Made by a program: the position numbers and the translations under genes. Below, piece by piece: positions 36,585 to 53,262 of a DNA stretch of 64,000 nt. Where the stretch lies: the NCBI RefSeq assembly GCF_009914755.1, contig NC_060948.1; one strand, written 5' to 3'. Position 1 is the first letter of the stretch. Each line of letters starts with the position of its first letter. The notes beneath the pieces were generated by a model, which was given only the letters and a program-made list of their open reading frames with translations, ran no database searches and was not told where the DNA came from. Source of the DNA: the human T2T-CHM13v2.0 reference genome, Homo sapiens.

Positions 36585-37526
36585 ATGGGGAAAAAACAGA
36601 GCAGAAAAACTGGAAACTCTAAAAACAGAGCACCTCTCCTCCTCCAAAGGAACAGTTCCTCACCAACAACAGAACAAAACTGGATGGCGAATAACTTTGA
36701 CGAGCTGAGAGAAGGTGGCTTCAGATGATCAAACTACTCCTAGCTACAGGAGGAAATTCAAACCAAAGGTAAAGAAGTTAAAAACTTTGAAAAATATTTA
36801 GATGATTGTATAACTAGAATAACCAATACAGAGAAGTGCATAAAGGAGCTGAAGGAGCGGAAAGCCAGTGCTCAAGAACTACATGATGAATGCAGAAGCC
36901 TCAGGAGTCGATGTGATCAACTGGAAGAAAGGGTATCAGTGATGGAAGATGAAATGAATGAAATGAAGTGAGAAGGGAAGTTTAGAGAAAAAAGAATAAA
37001 AAGAAATGAACAAACCTCCAAGAAATATGGGACTATGTGAAAAGACCAAATCTATATCTGATTGGTGTACCTGAAAGTGATGGGGAGAATGGAACCAAGT
37101 TGGAAAACTCTCTGCAAGATATTATCCAGGAGAAATTCCCCAATCTAGCAAGGCAGGCCAACATTCAGATTCAGGAAATACGAGAATGCCACAAAGATAA
37201 TCCTCGAGAAGAGCAACTCCAAGACACATAATTGTCAGATTCACCAAAGTTGAAATGAAGGAAAAAATGTTAAGGGCAGCCAGAGAGAAAGGTCAGGTTA
37301 CCCTCAAAGGGAGGCCCATCAGAGTAACAGCGGATCTCTCAGCAGAATTTCATATCCAACCAAACTAAGCTTCATAAGTGAAGGAGAAATAAAATACTTT
37401 ACAGACAAGCAAATGCTGAGAGATTTTGTCACCACCAGGCCTGCCCTAAAAGAGTTCCTGAAGGAAGCACTAAACATGGAAAGGAAAAAGAAGTACCAGC
37501 CAATACAAAATCATGCCAAATTGTAA
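36585..37526 (+). pseudogene. L1 ORF1p, disrupted
   Basis: ATG GGG AAA AAA CAG start, KRPNLYLIGVPESDGENGTKLEN. Stops, frameshifts and a deletion of about 70 bp near 37347. Confidence 0.92.
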
Positions 37527-37588
37527 AGACTATCGAGGCTAGGGATAAACTGCATCAATTAACCAGCAAAATAACCAGTAACATCATA

Positions 37589-41424
<3,836 letters not shown>

Positions 41425-42187
41425 ACAATGAGAACACATGGACACAGGAAGGGGAACATCACACTCTGGGGACTGTTGTGGGGTGGGGGGAGGGGGGAGG
41501 GATAGCCTTAGGAGATATACCTAATGCTAAATGATGAGTTAATGGGTGTACACACAAGCATGGCACATGTATACATATGTAACTAACCTGCACATTGTGC
41601 ACATGTACCCTAAAACTTAAGATATAATAATAATAAAATAAAAAAAACATTATTTTAAACACATCAATGCCTTTTGAATTTTATAATGATTCACACAATA
41701 TATAAAAATAATATTATATTTTTTCTCTTTTTATTTTAAGTTACATTGATTGCATTTTAAATAAATACTAGTTCAACTGATAGGAATTGCAAACAAAAGA
41801 GATTGAGGAATGATGAAAAGCAGGCCAAAACTAGCAGATGTTAACTCCTGAAAGGAGACACACTTGGTGGTTTACACATTTATACTTTGTCATTTAGCTT
41901 AAGAGCAACATAAGCTGGTGTGAGATAGACAATTAGAACTCAAAAAAAATCAATGTCATTTTTTTCTAGAGGTACCTCAATGGAATGTCTTGAAACAAAA
42001 GATTCATTGGATTAACAACTGTACTCAAGCTCTGGAATAGTGACTGAACTGTCAATTCCTGGTGGGAAATTTCAGGAGATCTCATCAAAACTAGCAGCAG
42101 AAGACTGAAACACTGAAGTGCTAGTTTCATTTGCTGCCACCCACAGGAAAGGGATTTTAGGGTTTGAGTCTTGATTAGTCAGAAGGT

Positions 42188-42272
42188 GCTCTTGTACATG
42201 GCACTAACTCCAAAAGTGTGGAGTTAAACTCCTGAAGTCCACACTTTAGGAGTTAATGCCATGTACTGGAGC
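42188..42272. repeat. Imperfect inverted repeat (32-bp core arms, 9-nt loop)
   Basis: gtacatggcactaactccaaaagtgtggagtt versus the reverse complement of aagtccacactttaggagttaatgccatgtac: 29/32 identical. Confidence 0.9.
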
Positions 42273-42857
42273 TTATAGAATTGATCTAAGACTAACTGGA
42301 AAACCAAAAAACAAACACACTAACAAAAAATAAATCCAGTCCTTCACAGAACCAAGACTATCAACCAGTCATATAATAAGAATAAACAAAAATTGCTCGA
42401 AAGGTCATAAGTACCAAAATTCTCTGCAATACACAAGCCACCATGAAAAAGTAATAACTGTCTATTGCAAATACACAGACAATTATGGCCTGTATTCTAG
42501 AGAAAAAGCAGATAAAACAACTGAATCCAAAATATTGCAAATATTGAACTTAGCAATCAATTCCTTTAAAGCCATAACTACACGTATCTTCAAAGATTTA
42601 AAGGACAACGTGATCATAAGGAATGAATGACTGGGGAACTCATCAGGGTAAAGAAATATTTTTTTTCCTTTTTAATAATATGTTTAAAGGCATCTTATGA
42701 TATAAATTGTGTCATTTCATTGTAGAGTCATTAACATGTAGATATTAAGTTTATGGCAACCAGAGTACACATGGAGTTCATTTGGATTATACTAACATTC
42801 TTACTCATAAGTGAAGAGGAATAGTAATAATTACATTATTATAAGCTATATTAAATA

Positions 42858-43172
42858 GGCTGGGTGTGGTGGCTCACATCTGTAATTCTATCACTTTGGG
42901 AGGTTGAGCTACCGGATGGATCACTTGAGGTCAGGAGTTTGAGACCAGCCTGGCCAACATGGTGAAACTCCATCTCTTCTAAAAATACAAAAGTTAGCTG
43001 GGGCATGGTAATGCATGCCTGTAATCCCAGCTAGTCAGGAGACTGAGGCAGGAGAATCATTTGAACTTGGGAGGCAGGGATTGCAGTGAGCTGAGATTGT
43101 ACCACTGCACTCTGGCCTGGGTGACAAAGTGAGACTACATTTTGAAAAAACAAATGCAAAAGAAAACATTCC
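42858..43172 (+). mobile_element. AluS-like SINE within old L1M sequence
   Basis: Alu dimer; TSD ata(a/g)gctatattaaata (42841-42857 / 43173-43189). Confidence 0.92.
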
Positions 43173-43495
43173 ATAGGCTATATTAAATAAAAGATACTTG
43201 TTTGCTTTCCTATATCAGCTAGAAAAGTAATTTTAAAAAGAGCTGTAGATAACCATTAGACAAATTACAACATTAAAAATTACTTGCACTCCTTGGGATA
43301 AGTTAGAAAGCTATCTACTGAGAAATGGAATTAATGGATCAGAAAAATAGAATCAATGGGCAAATATAAAATGAACAGAAAAATACTATACCTAAGCCTA
43401 CATGTATCATTAACTACATTGAATATAAATAGATACAATACTCCAATTAAAAGCAGAAATTGGCATTTTAAATTTTCTTAAAAGTACTCAAGTTA

Positions 43496-44017
43496 TATAT
43501 GTATACATGTGCCATGCTGGTGCACTGCACCCACTAAATGTTGAGACAGCATCCCTAAGTGGGTGCTAAAACGTGTGCACACGGATGTAGAGAGTGGAAT
43601 GAGAGACAACAAAGACTCAGGCGGGTGAGGGGATGGATGAGAAATTACTAAACGGGTACGATACACGTTACTCGGGTGATGGATACCCACCCTAAGGGCC
43701 CTGACTAGACCACTACACAATCTACGCATGTAACCAAATTGCAGGTGTACCCCATAAGTTTAGATGAACTTTAAAAAGAGATTACATTTTTATGCTGATT
43801 TCTCCATATTTTCACCCATTTGGTTCATCATTTCCCCTAATTTACTTACCGTATTTATAATAATGATTTTAAAGTCTTTGTCTATCATGTCTAGTGTTCT
43901 CATTGGTTTTGTTTTATAAATAATCTGTTATTGCACATGTAATTTCTCCCTTGACCTCAGAGTTAATTTTCTTATTTCTAAGTGGTTAGAATTATAAATG
44001 ATCTTTATTAAAAAAAA
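43496..44017 (+). mobile_element. TPRT insertion: inverted young-L1 3'UTR stub, about 470 bp of transduced sequence, poly(A)
   Basis: 16-bp TSD AAAAGTACTCAAGTTA (43480-43495 / 44018-44033), TT/AAAA cut site, A-tail, and antisense L1 3'UTR at 43496-43538. Confidence 0.88.
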
Positions 44018-45569
44018 AAAAGTACTCAAGTTAAAGTTTTCTAAAAGAAAAGCATGATTTCTTTTGTTCTCAACTTTTCATTTGATCCTTGTCACTGTCT
44101 GCCTGAGTAAGTTGCTGTATTTGTTTACTAGAACTGTGTTATGCATATGCTATCATCTGTTGGTCTATTATCTTGTTGATGAGCATCTGAGCTATTGTCA
44201 ACTTGAGGCTGTAATGAATGAAACTGAAATGAACATTCATAAACAAGTGTCTTTGTTTACATCTTATTTGAATTATCTTGGATAAATAACAAGTGAAATT
44301 TCTTGGTCATAAAAAGGACATATAAATTTCACACAGATGGCAAAGCATTTGCCCAAGGGGCTGAATCCATTTCTATTGCTACTTGCTTCAAAATGTGAGA
44401 GTCGCTGGTGCTCCATTATAAGAATGGTGCAGACTCTATGATTAAAAAAAAGACGGAAGAAGAGAAACATTTGCTTTATTTCTACAGGCCTGCCTTCATA
44501 AGCCTTTCTCAAAAGCCAATCTCAGACAAATTTGCCTAGTAAAATAAGATATTGGCATGAGTAAAATATAAAAACAGCAGCATGAACCGCTGCACCTGGA
44601 CTATTTTTATGCATTGTTGATCATTTTGTCCTTTTGCTTTTAACTAAGCTGTTTCAGAGGATATGCCAATGGAGGAAATTTAGAAAACATGAAAATTTAA
44701 GACAATAGGTGAAGTAAACTTGCAAGAACATGAAAATAGATTAAGGGATTGGGATGGCAAGGGAACAAGGAAAGAAGAGAGTAACAAATTAAGAACTGGA
44801 GATACAATCTGCAAACATGGTCATCAAAGGCAGGTTCAACCTGGCATGTAATTACTGTATCACTGTCACAACTCTTTCAAGTAGGTTAATTTATTTATTG
44901 AGTTGTAGACGTTATTATATCAGCCAAGAATGAGAACTGCATGCAAATGACTCTGTTCATCTCATGCAAAAGACAATCCTTAAGAATATAAGGAAGCAGA
45001 TGTGTTGCACAAAGTTTGAAATGATTCAGGCATATTTTAAATGCCACACAACATAGAATTAATGACTGTAACTTTTTAATAAAAATGTGTGCAATAGTCA
45101 TGTTTTCATTGTTTTAACTTAATAATAGTATATTTTATTTGCATCATAGGTATCTTAAAATTTCAAGGAAATAAAGTATAAGTGTTGAATACAACTTTCT
45201 AGGAAATGTCTCATAGCTTTTACTTTGCTTAATTTAAAATAAAATTTGGATCGCAGAACTATTAAGGTTCACATTCGAAGACTACCTTGATCATTTGGTA
45301 TTTGCATATTATCAAAAGATATCATTTGAAGAGTTTTACTTTTTTCTATAGCTCTTCAAACTAATAAATAAATGCATTTACATCTGCTTTAAGCTCACAT
45401 ATTCAAAGATAATGCTGACAAATACTAACAGAACTCCAACATCCTGTATTAATACTTTTAATTACAAAGCAAATGAGAAGATGAGACCCTAAAATTTCGT
45501 AGGAGAGGCAGAAATTAAAATGAAATACAGACATGAAGATCTAAATTATGCTGGTTTTCAAATATCGCT

Positions 45570-45765
45570 TATAGCATCAGAGGTCAGGAATTTATTGACT
45601 GTTGAGATTTTGGACGAGTTCATTATCATGTATGCATCTGATTCTTATAGATGTGAAATAAACATAAAAATAAATACCTACTCCATGGAGTTACTATGAG
45701 AATTCAATAAGTTAATAGTTGGTAAGTGATTGCAAGGATGCCTGGCAGGTAGTAAGATACTATTA
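45570..45765. mobile_element. MIR fragment
   Basis: aaatacctactccatggagttactatgagaattcaataag ... gcctggcaggtagtaag. Confidence 0.65.
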
Positions 45766-45782
45766 ACAACATATTAAGTTGC

Positions 45783-46151
<369 letters not shown>

Positions 46152-47419
46152 TTAGAGTTGACGCAACTATTCAAAAGAATTAACTGAAATTTTGGTACCA
46201 AATAACCTCTGAAGAAAAGTGAATTTAATGGCAGTGAAAATATATAATCATTAATTAAAATTTATTACTTATTAAAAATTACTACTTAGTGATAACAACC
46301 TTTACTACACTGGGATATGTAGCATTTTCTTCGTCCCTTTTGATGAGCTCTGTGTGATTAGAATTAAAATATGTGATGAAAACCATGTTACAGGTAAAAG
46401 TGCAATCTACCCCAGTCATATAATGGCATACAGTAGTCAAATTATTCTCTTAGATTATATTTTACTGAGAAATAATATCCACAATGCCTATCATATGTAT
46501 AAAAATTGTACATCAAGAGAAGACAGTTTATGAAAAATTAAAATAAAATGGCCTTGAAGTTAAAGAAAACGCTTTGGAGCTATGGACACAGGATTTTACT
46601 TCCTTTGCCTCTTGCTATTTTTGCACATTTTGCATGCTTCAATTCCCTAGAATTATTTGGTGGTCAGTTCTGGGCATCCTAAGTAGTTATGAAAAAAACT
46701 GTGTCTACCTTTTAGTGTCTTCAACAGGACAAAGAAAAATTCTTATTGGCCTCCAATTCACTGATGATAACAAAAGTTTGATCTCTGAATTATTAAGAGC
46801 CACAGGGCTGATGGCTGAGTTGACCATATTGCGGTTTCCTGGATGCTGTAAATTTATCTAAACACAAATTAGACACAGGAAGAGATAAACATTGCTCATC
46901 CACCATGATAGTTGAGTTTGCCTTTGCTTTTCATGAACAGCTAAGAGCTTATGCCCAAGCAGATAGAGTTTATGAATTCTTGGTTGGATTTTTAGGACCT
47001 GTTTGTTGATGTGGCATTGCAGGGTCTACTTTGCCAGTAATTCCTTATACAAAATTATGCTTTGTTAAGTAAGAAGTTTATATTATCGAGAAACTCATCC
47101 AGGTGGCACTGATGAAACTTAAATGTTATATTAAATAAACATTGGGTTTTGACATTTAGTATCTAAGCTAAACATAAATCACAAGGCACCAATGTGATTG
47201 TGCATGGTACCTTCTGTTTGTTTTTTCCATCATAGTTATTAGAAGAATCAAGAGAAAAAAATCACTGATACATTCTTATTTTCTCTTAGCTATACTGCTA
47301 AGTTTATATTTCATTCTTTCTCAATTTTAGTACTTGGTCTTTTACATCCATGTAATTGAACCAAGTGTTTGTCCTCTGAACCATAGTTTTGGATCCTAGC
47401 ACTTGCTAAAATTTGTGTG

Positions 47420-47665
47420 TACGTATGTATGTATGTATATATGTATGTATGTATTTTACAGACAGGGTCTTGCTCTGTTGCCCAGGCTGGATTATAGTGG
47501 TGTTATCCTAGCTCACTGTAGCTTCAAACTCATGGGCTCAAGTGATACTTTTCCCTCAGTATCCTGAGTAGCTGCAACCACAGACATACATAACCACATC
47601 CAGCTAGTTAAAAAAGAAATTATAGACAGGTATTGCTATGTTGCCCAGCCTTTTATCCTAACTCT
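47420..47665 (-). mobile_element. Partial AluJ with (TATG)n tail
   Basis: gacagggtcttgctctgttgcccaggctgg ... preceded by gtat repeats. Confidence 0.85.
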
Positions 47666-47794
47666 TAATATCAATAAAACTACCTTGGTCATTTGGTATT
47701 TCTGCATTGTAAACCTTCTTTATTTTATTTTATATCACTTAACTTGCAAAAGCAATATATTACTGCTGCCCATGAAATTATCATCAATCTTTTG

Positions 47795-48109
47795 TTCTTT
47801 TATTTTTTTTTATTTTTTTTATTTTGGATGCTGGGTCTTACATCTTACTACGTTGTCCAGGCTGGAGTGCTGTGGCATGGTCATAGCTCACTGAACACTT
47901 GACTTTCTGGGCTCAAGTGATTCTCCCACTATAGCCTCCCATGTAGTTGGTACTATATGCTCATGCCGTCAGCTCCAGCTAACTTTTTTGTAGAAATGGG
48001 GATCTGACTATGTTACCCAGGCTGGTCTCGAACTCTTGGGCTCAAGTGACCTACCAGCATTGGCCTCCCAAACTTCTGGAATTATAGGCAGGATCCACTG
48101 TGCCTGGCC
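47795..48109 (-). mobile_element. AluJ-like SINE
   Basis: Reverse Alu dimer with T-rich tail. Confidence 0.88.
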
Positions 48110-50110
48110 CAGTCTTTTATTTTTATTAGGAAAAATGTAGGTGGGAAAGAAGTCTGGAGAAATCTGGGAAAGGCTCTGTGAGCCAGCAGTAAGTAAGGAT
48201 AGTTTAACACAGAATGAAGGAGAAATGAGGAGAAGCATGTCTCACTTAGGTGGAAGAATGTTAGCTACCATGCATAAGCAACTACCTCTGCAAACATGCT
48301 GGGATAGATTTTGAAGGGCATCCGCTGGTGCTGGTCTTGAATCAATTAACAGCATCTGTAGCGAGATGCTAGAGAGCCATACCACAATGGTGCCTCACTG
48401 CTAATTTTCTCTGGTTTCTCTGGTACAGATTAATAAGCCTGAAAACATTATTGTACTAATAAGCAATAAAAAAGTGTACATGGTATCATATTTTATCAGT
48501 ATTCTATTAATAGATGCTCCACAAATCATTCCATGTTCTCTTTGCTTTCTTCTAGCAAGTGAGTTGAATTGGGTAGGTTTTTCCTGATAAGTTCTTCCAA
48601 TCCTTTACCTTTTTTAGGGTCTGACTCATTGATTGTTTTGATTTTGTTGGGGTAACTCATTTTCCCATTGGCAAACATTATTAGTTTAATGAGATATAAG
48701 CGGCACCCCATTAATTCCCTGCACTAAAAACTAACTGCTTTTTGTCCCCTTTTGTGTAAAAAGAAATGCCTTCTGAAAAACGGGATCAAATATCATGCTC
48801 AGTAATGTAACCCTTTCATCTGCTTAATTACTCAGACATTAACAGTCCCAAATGGCCAGGGAATATAGATTTAATCATGCTTAAACTGTTATGTAGAGGT
48901 TTTGAAAGTCCCAGAAAAGATTACTAGCTACAGAAGTTGAAGAAAATATTCCCCAATATAATTACGAAGCACAGATTCTGAAGCTTCTAGCAATTTTAAG
49001 TCAATGTGTATGGGGGGCTGGAGAGACACAGATGAGGATGTGGTGGTTAAAGGAGTGTCTTACTATAGGCTAGGGGACTGTTGTTATCTGTAATTGTTGA
49101 ATAATAGGATACAGAAGGAAGCCAGTATCTTATGGTGATGGGATTCTATCTGAGTATTAGAAAGCTCTTCTCATTTCATAAGTCTAACAATTCAGAAAAT
49201 AAATTTAAACTATAGATTGGGAAACTGGCTGAGAAACTATGTCAATAATTTTTGACAGAGATTATGGATATCTAAACTGAGAAAATGACCATGAGGTGAA
49301 GGAAGGGACAAATTTAACAGAAATTAGATATTGAATCCTGAGTTGACTGTCACTCCAGAAAGATGTGGCAACACATTGTTCTTATTACACAGAATCCTTC
49401 AGCTCCAGCAGATATTTCTATAGATGAACATTGAGCTGCTGAAGTGATTAATGAATGTTCCTAATACATTTCTTGATGGTTTCCTTGTAATGACAGCACA
49501 GTAGCCAGGCAATTAGTGGTCCATAATCTGAGCCATAGTGAATGTCTCAGAGGTTTGAAAAAGATTTTTCTTCAAAGGTAAGAATAGATACTCAGTTTCC
49601 AGTACTTAGATCAGTTATAGATACCGTGGTAGCCAAGTCCACTCACAGTGATTTTTCTGCAAAACTATTCTGAAATACATATTTAAGCAGACTTGAACTT
49701 GTTTGCAAATTTGATGTGATACTCTCTATTTTGCTGGAGCAAAACAGTATGGTATGCCGGTTATGTTGCTATTTTGACAGCATTCATGAGGTGTTGATTT
49801 AACAAACTAGGCTAAAACAAAAGTATTACAGCTTTTTATGTTGTCTACTTGATGTTCTATTTCGCTAACTGTTCCATTGATATTTACACACCAATTAACT
49901 GAATAAGAACTTCAGATTAAACATTTCTATTCTAGGTTGTGGAGGGGATAAGATACTCAGAGGCCACCTTTCACGTAGGAGAAAGAAGATGTGCAAAAAA
50001 TATAATAATAGAAGTGATAAGTGACAAAACTTTAGAATTGACACACTGAATGTGATGATTTATAAATGCAAATTTTGATGGATAATCAAGCCATGGTTTT
50101 GTCTTCAGAA

Positions 50111-50169
50111 ACACACACACACACACACACACAGAGTGAGACAAGGAGAGAAGAAGAGAGAGAGAGAGA
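50111..50169. repeat. (CA)n-(GA)n compound microsatellite
   Basis: Visible. Confidence 0.9.
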
Positions 50170-50746
50170 CCTGAGTCAACTAAATATTCTATCAATTTAA
50201 TGCTGGGTTTTCACAAGCCAGCCCAACCAGTTGTTAACAGATAGGCATCTAGCAAAAACACATCTTGCCTAAATCTCTGTTTTTACATATCAAATGTAGA
50301 CTGCAATATACATTGTATATTGCAAAAGGTTATTGTAAAAATCAAGTGAAAATGGAAATACAGGGGTACTATCAATGTTCAACATACATTTGCAAATAAT
50401 AACCTTGCTTTTATCTTTTTTTATTTTTGAAAAGTCAGATACAGAAATTAACTGTACAGTTAATTAGAATTTAAGTTAGAGAATCCAAAACTCAGAAAAA
50501 AATTATTACTTCATAGTATCTAAAGGACTTTTCATATAATTGCTTAGATACATTCAATTATCAAATATGCTATAATTAAATCACTGTAAAGAAAATCAGA
50601 CTGTGTATTTTAAAGAAAGTTAAACTAATAGTTGCCAAAATTTATTTTATGTGTTCTAATTAGTTTCTCTAAAAAATAAAAAAAAGTTATAAACATACTT
50701 TATTTCACCAGTGCTAAAGGGCTTTTTATTTTTAGAAAAGAAGAGT

Positions 50747-51345
50747 GGTCCAGGTGTGGCAGCTTATGCCTGTAATCCCTAACCTCTGGAAGGCTGAGGC
50801 AGGAAGATTGCTTGAGGCCAGGTGATATGGCTTGGCTGTGTCCCCACCCAAATCTCATGTTGAATTGTAGTTTCTGTAATCCCCACAGGTCATAAAAGGG
50901 ACGCAGTAAGAGGAAATTAAACCATGGGGGTGGTTACCTCCATGCTGCTGTTCTCATGATAGCGCATGAGTTTTCACAACATCTGATGATTTTATAGGAG
51001 GCTTTTTTCCCCATGTGTTCAGCACTTCTTGATCCTGCCATGTGAAGAAGGACATGTTTGCTTCCCTTTCTGCCATGATTGTAAGTTTCCTGAGGCTTCC
51101 CCAGCCCTGTAGAACTGTGAGTCAATTAAACCTCTTTTGTTTATAAATTACCCAGTCTGAGATATGTCTTTATTAGCAGGATAAGAATGGACTAATATAC
51201 CAAGTCTCAGCTATCTGAGAACTGAACTGGGAGGATTGCTTGAGCCCAGGTGTTCGAGGTTACCCTGAGCTAGGATTGCACAACTGCACTCCTGCCTGGG
51301 TGATAAAGTAAGATCCCATCTCAAGAAGAAAGAAAGAAAAAGAGA
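50747..51345 (+). mobile_element. AluJ split by a THE1 insertion
   Basis: Left monomer 50747-50822; right monomer and tail from about 51205. Confidence 0.85.
50823..51199 (+). mobile_element. THE1 solo LTR
   Basis: tgatatggcttggctgtgtccccacccaaatctc ... ggactaatata; TSD ccagg/ccaag. Confidence 0.92.
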
Positions 51346-51500
51346 GAGTGATCACATTAAAATACAAAGAATAATGTAACAAATATAACTAACCATTAGT
51401 AAATAAAATATAATCTGGAAAAAGAATGGGCATGTAATAAGCACCAATGTTTATTATTAGTTCAATTCTCATCCTGAGCTTACAATCTAAAATTCACCTT

Positions 51501-53052
51501 CATTTTCACCATTCACAAACACTCATTCAACTTTTCCAATATATTTTCACATTTAAAGGAAAAAAAAGTCATACCAGTAAGCTAACATCTTTTTTGATGA
51601 TAACTTCCAACACCATCTGATGAACAATTCATTTGCAGTATTTCACACTTACAAACAGGGTAGACATGAAAATGTCACATATTCTCGAATATGAAAATGA
51701 ATCAAAGTTTCTCTAACGTATAGACGTTTATTTGAACGTGTTGTATATAAAATATACATTTCCAGTTACACAAAAACAATTCTAAACCCTTCCACATGGC
51801 TATGATAATTTATACATGGAAAGCAACTTTTGATATTTATCCTCTCAAACATCCAAAACTATTATCATCAGATTCTCAAAAATATTCTAAATATTTTGAT
51901 TGTCAATATGAAATTATAATACTGCATGAAAAAGTGCTTGGGCTGTATCTGCACTATTTCCTTCCACTTAGTAACCATACATTTGTAATATGTATGATAT
52001 TTGATAAGGCAAAATGATCTTTCAGAGATTTTGCAAATGTTATTTACAACTGCAAATTAGATAAGAACAAATGATGCTTGCAAAAAGAGAGATGGGACCA
52101 AATCTTCAACCAGAAAGAGAAAATGAGGCAATAGAAATACACCCCTCGGTAACTCAAATATTGAAATTAACATATTTATATTAAATAATTCAGGAAACAA
52201 TGATATTCTGAGAGATACTAGGCATATTAGTGTCCTTCTTCATAAAGATCTAGAATCAGCAAATATCTAATGAGGAAAATGGTCAGAAACTCAGGCTGAG
52301 ACTCTGAGAATTCATTTTTACCAGCATCCTGGCCTCTCAAGTCTCTCAATTTTGTCTTTCTTGTGTTATAGGGTCAACAGCTCTGCAGTTCACTTGCTGG
52401 TTATTTCTTTTCTTGCCTAGTAGGAATTTCTTCATGGATGCCTTAGCTTGTTTTCTAGCACTGTGACTTGAAAAATGCCCAGAAGTAAAAAAATAGCTGC
52501 AGCTCAGCAACCTGTACGTTTTGCCCTTATCCATGTGGTTGTAGTATTTTCAGTTCTTGCTTTCACCACAACCATCTGATTCTTCATTAAATTGTTTTTT
52601 GTTCTCTATTGTTATTGTTGCTATTTTTTAGTTGTTACTAGTTGAAGCATTGTTCTTTATACACAATTTAGGGAAAAACAGAAATGCTTTTATATTCATT
52701 TAAATGATTATATATCCTGCTCCCAATATAAAAAAAATCTACTTATGTTTACTTAACATAAACACATGCTAACAGTAAAACATGGATATATACACTTACG
52801 TATATACAGATAATACATACATAAGATATGCATAAATTAATAGATACATCATATAGATAAGTTAAAATATGTCTACATTTACACCATTCAAAATAAAGAA
52901 CTGTTCAAATTTTCCAATGTATTTTCACATTTACAGGAAAATAATATTATTATCAGTAAGCATCAGTAAGCTAATATTCTTGATCATAACTTCCAACACC
53001 ATCTGATAAACAATTCATGTATAGTATTTCACAGTTATGAAAGAAGTTAGAT
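51501..53052 (+). repeat. Diverged direct duplication: about 51501-51665 versus 52876-53052
   Basis: Shared blocks ttttccaat.tattttcacattta.agga, cagtaagctaa, ataacttccaacaccatctgat.aacaattcat, agtatttcaca. Confidence 0.85.
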
Positions 53053-53222
53053 GATTAAACACGTTTCTAGTTCCTTAACTTGAACACGAGTTTTGATATT
53101 TAAAAATATCAAAAAAAAATGTTTTTAGGATATAGATATGCACTTCAATTTATTGTGTATGAAAATGTACATTTATGTTTAGATTTGTATGTATATCCTT
53201 GTCCTGTATTTTTGCATGTGTG

Positions 53223-53226
<4 letters not shown>

Positions 53227-53258
<32 letters not shown>
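53227..53258. repeat. (TG)n microsatellite
   Basis: Visible. Confidence 0.95.

Positions 53259-53262
<4 letters not shown>

Noticed and set aside
50446-50465. Perfect 20-bp palindrome aattaactgtacagttaatt
   Set aside because: Ten-bp AT-rich arms are within chance expectation for 64 kb.
51594-51623. TGATGA...CTGA resembling C/D snoRNA boxes
   Set aside because: Boxes are only about 16 nt apart, there is no terminal stem, and the C box is not kept in the duplicate copy.
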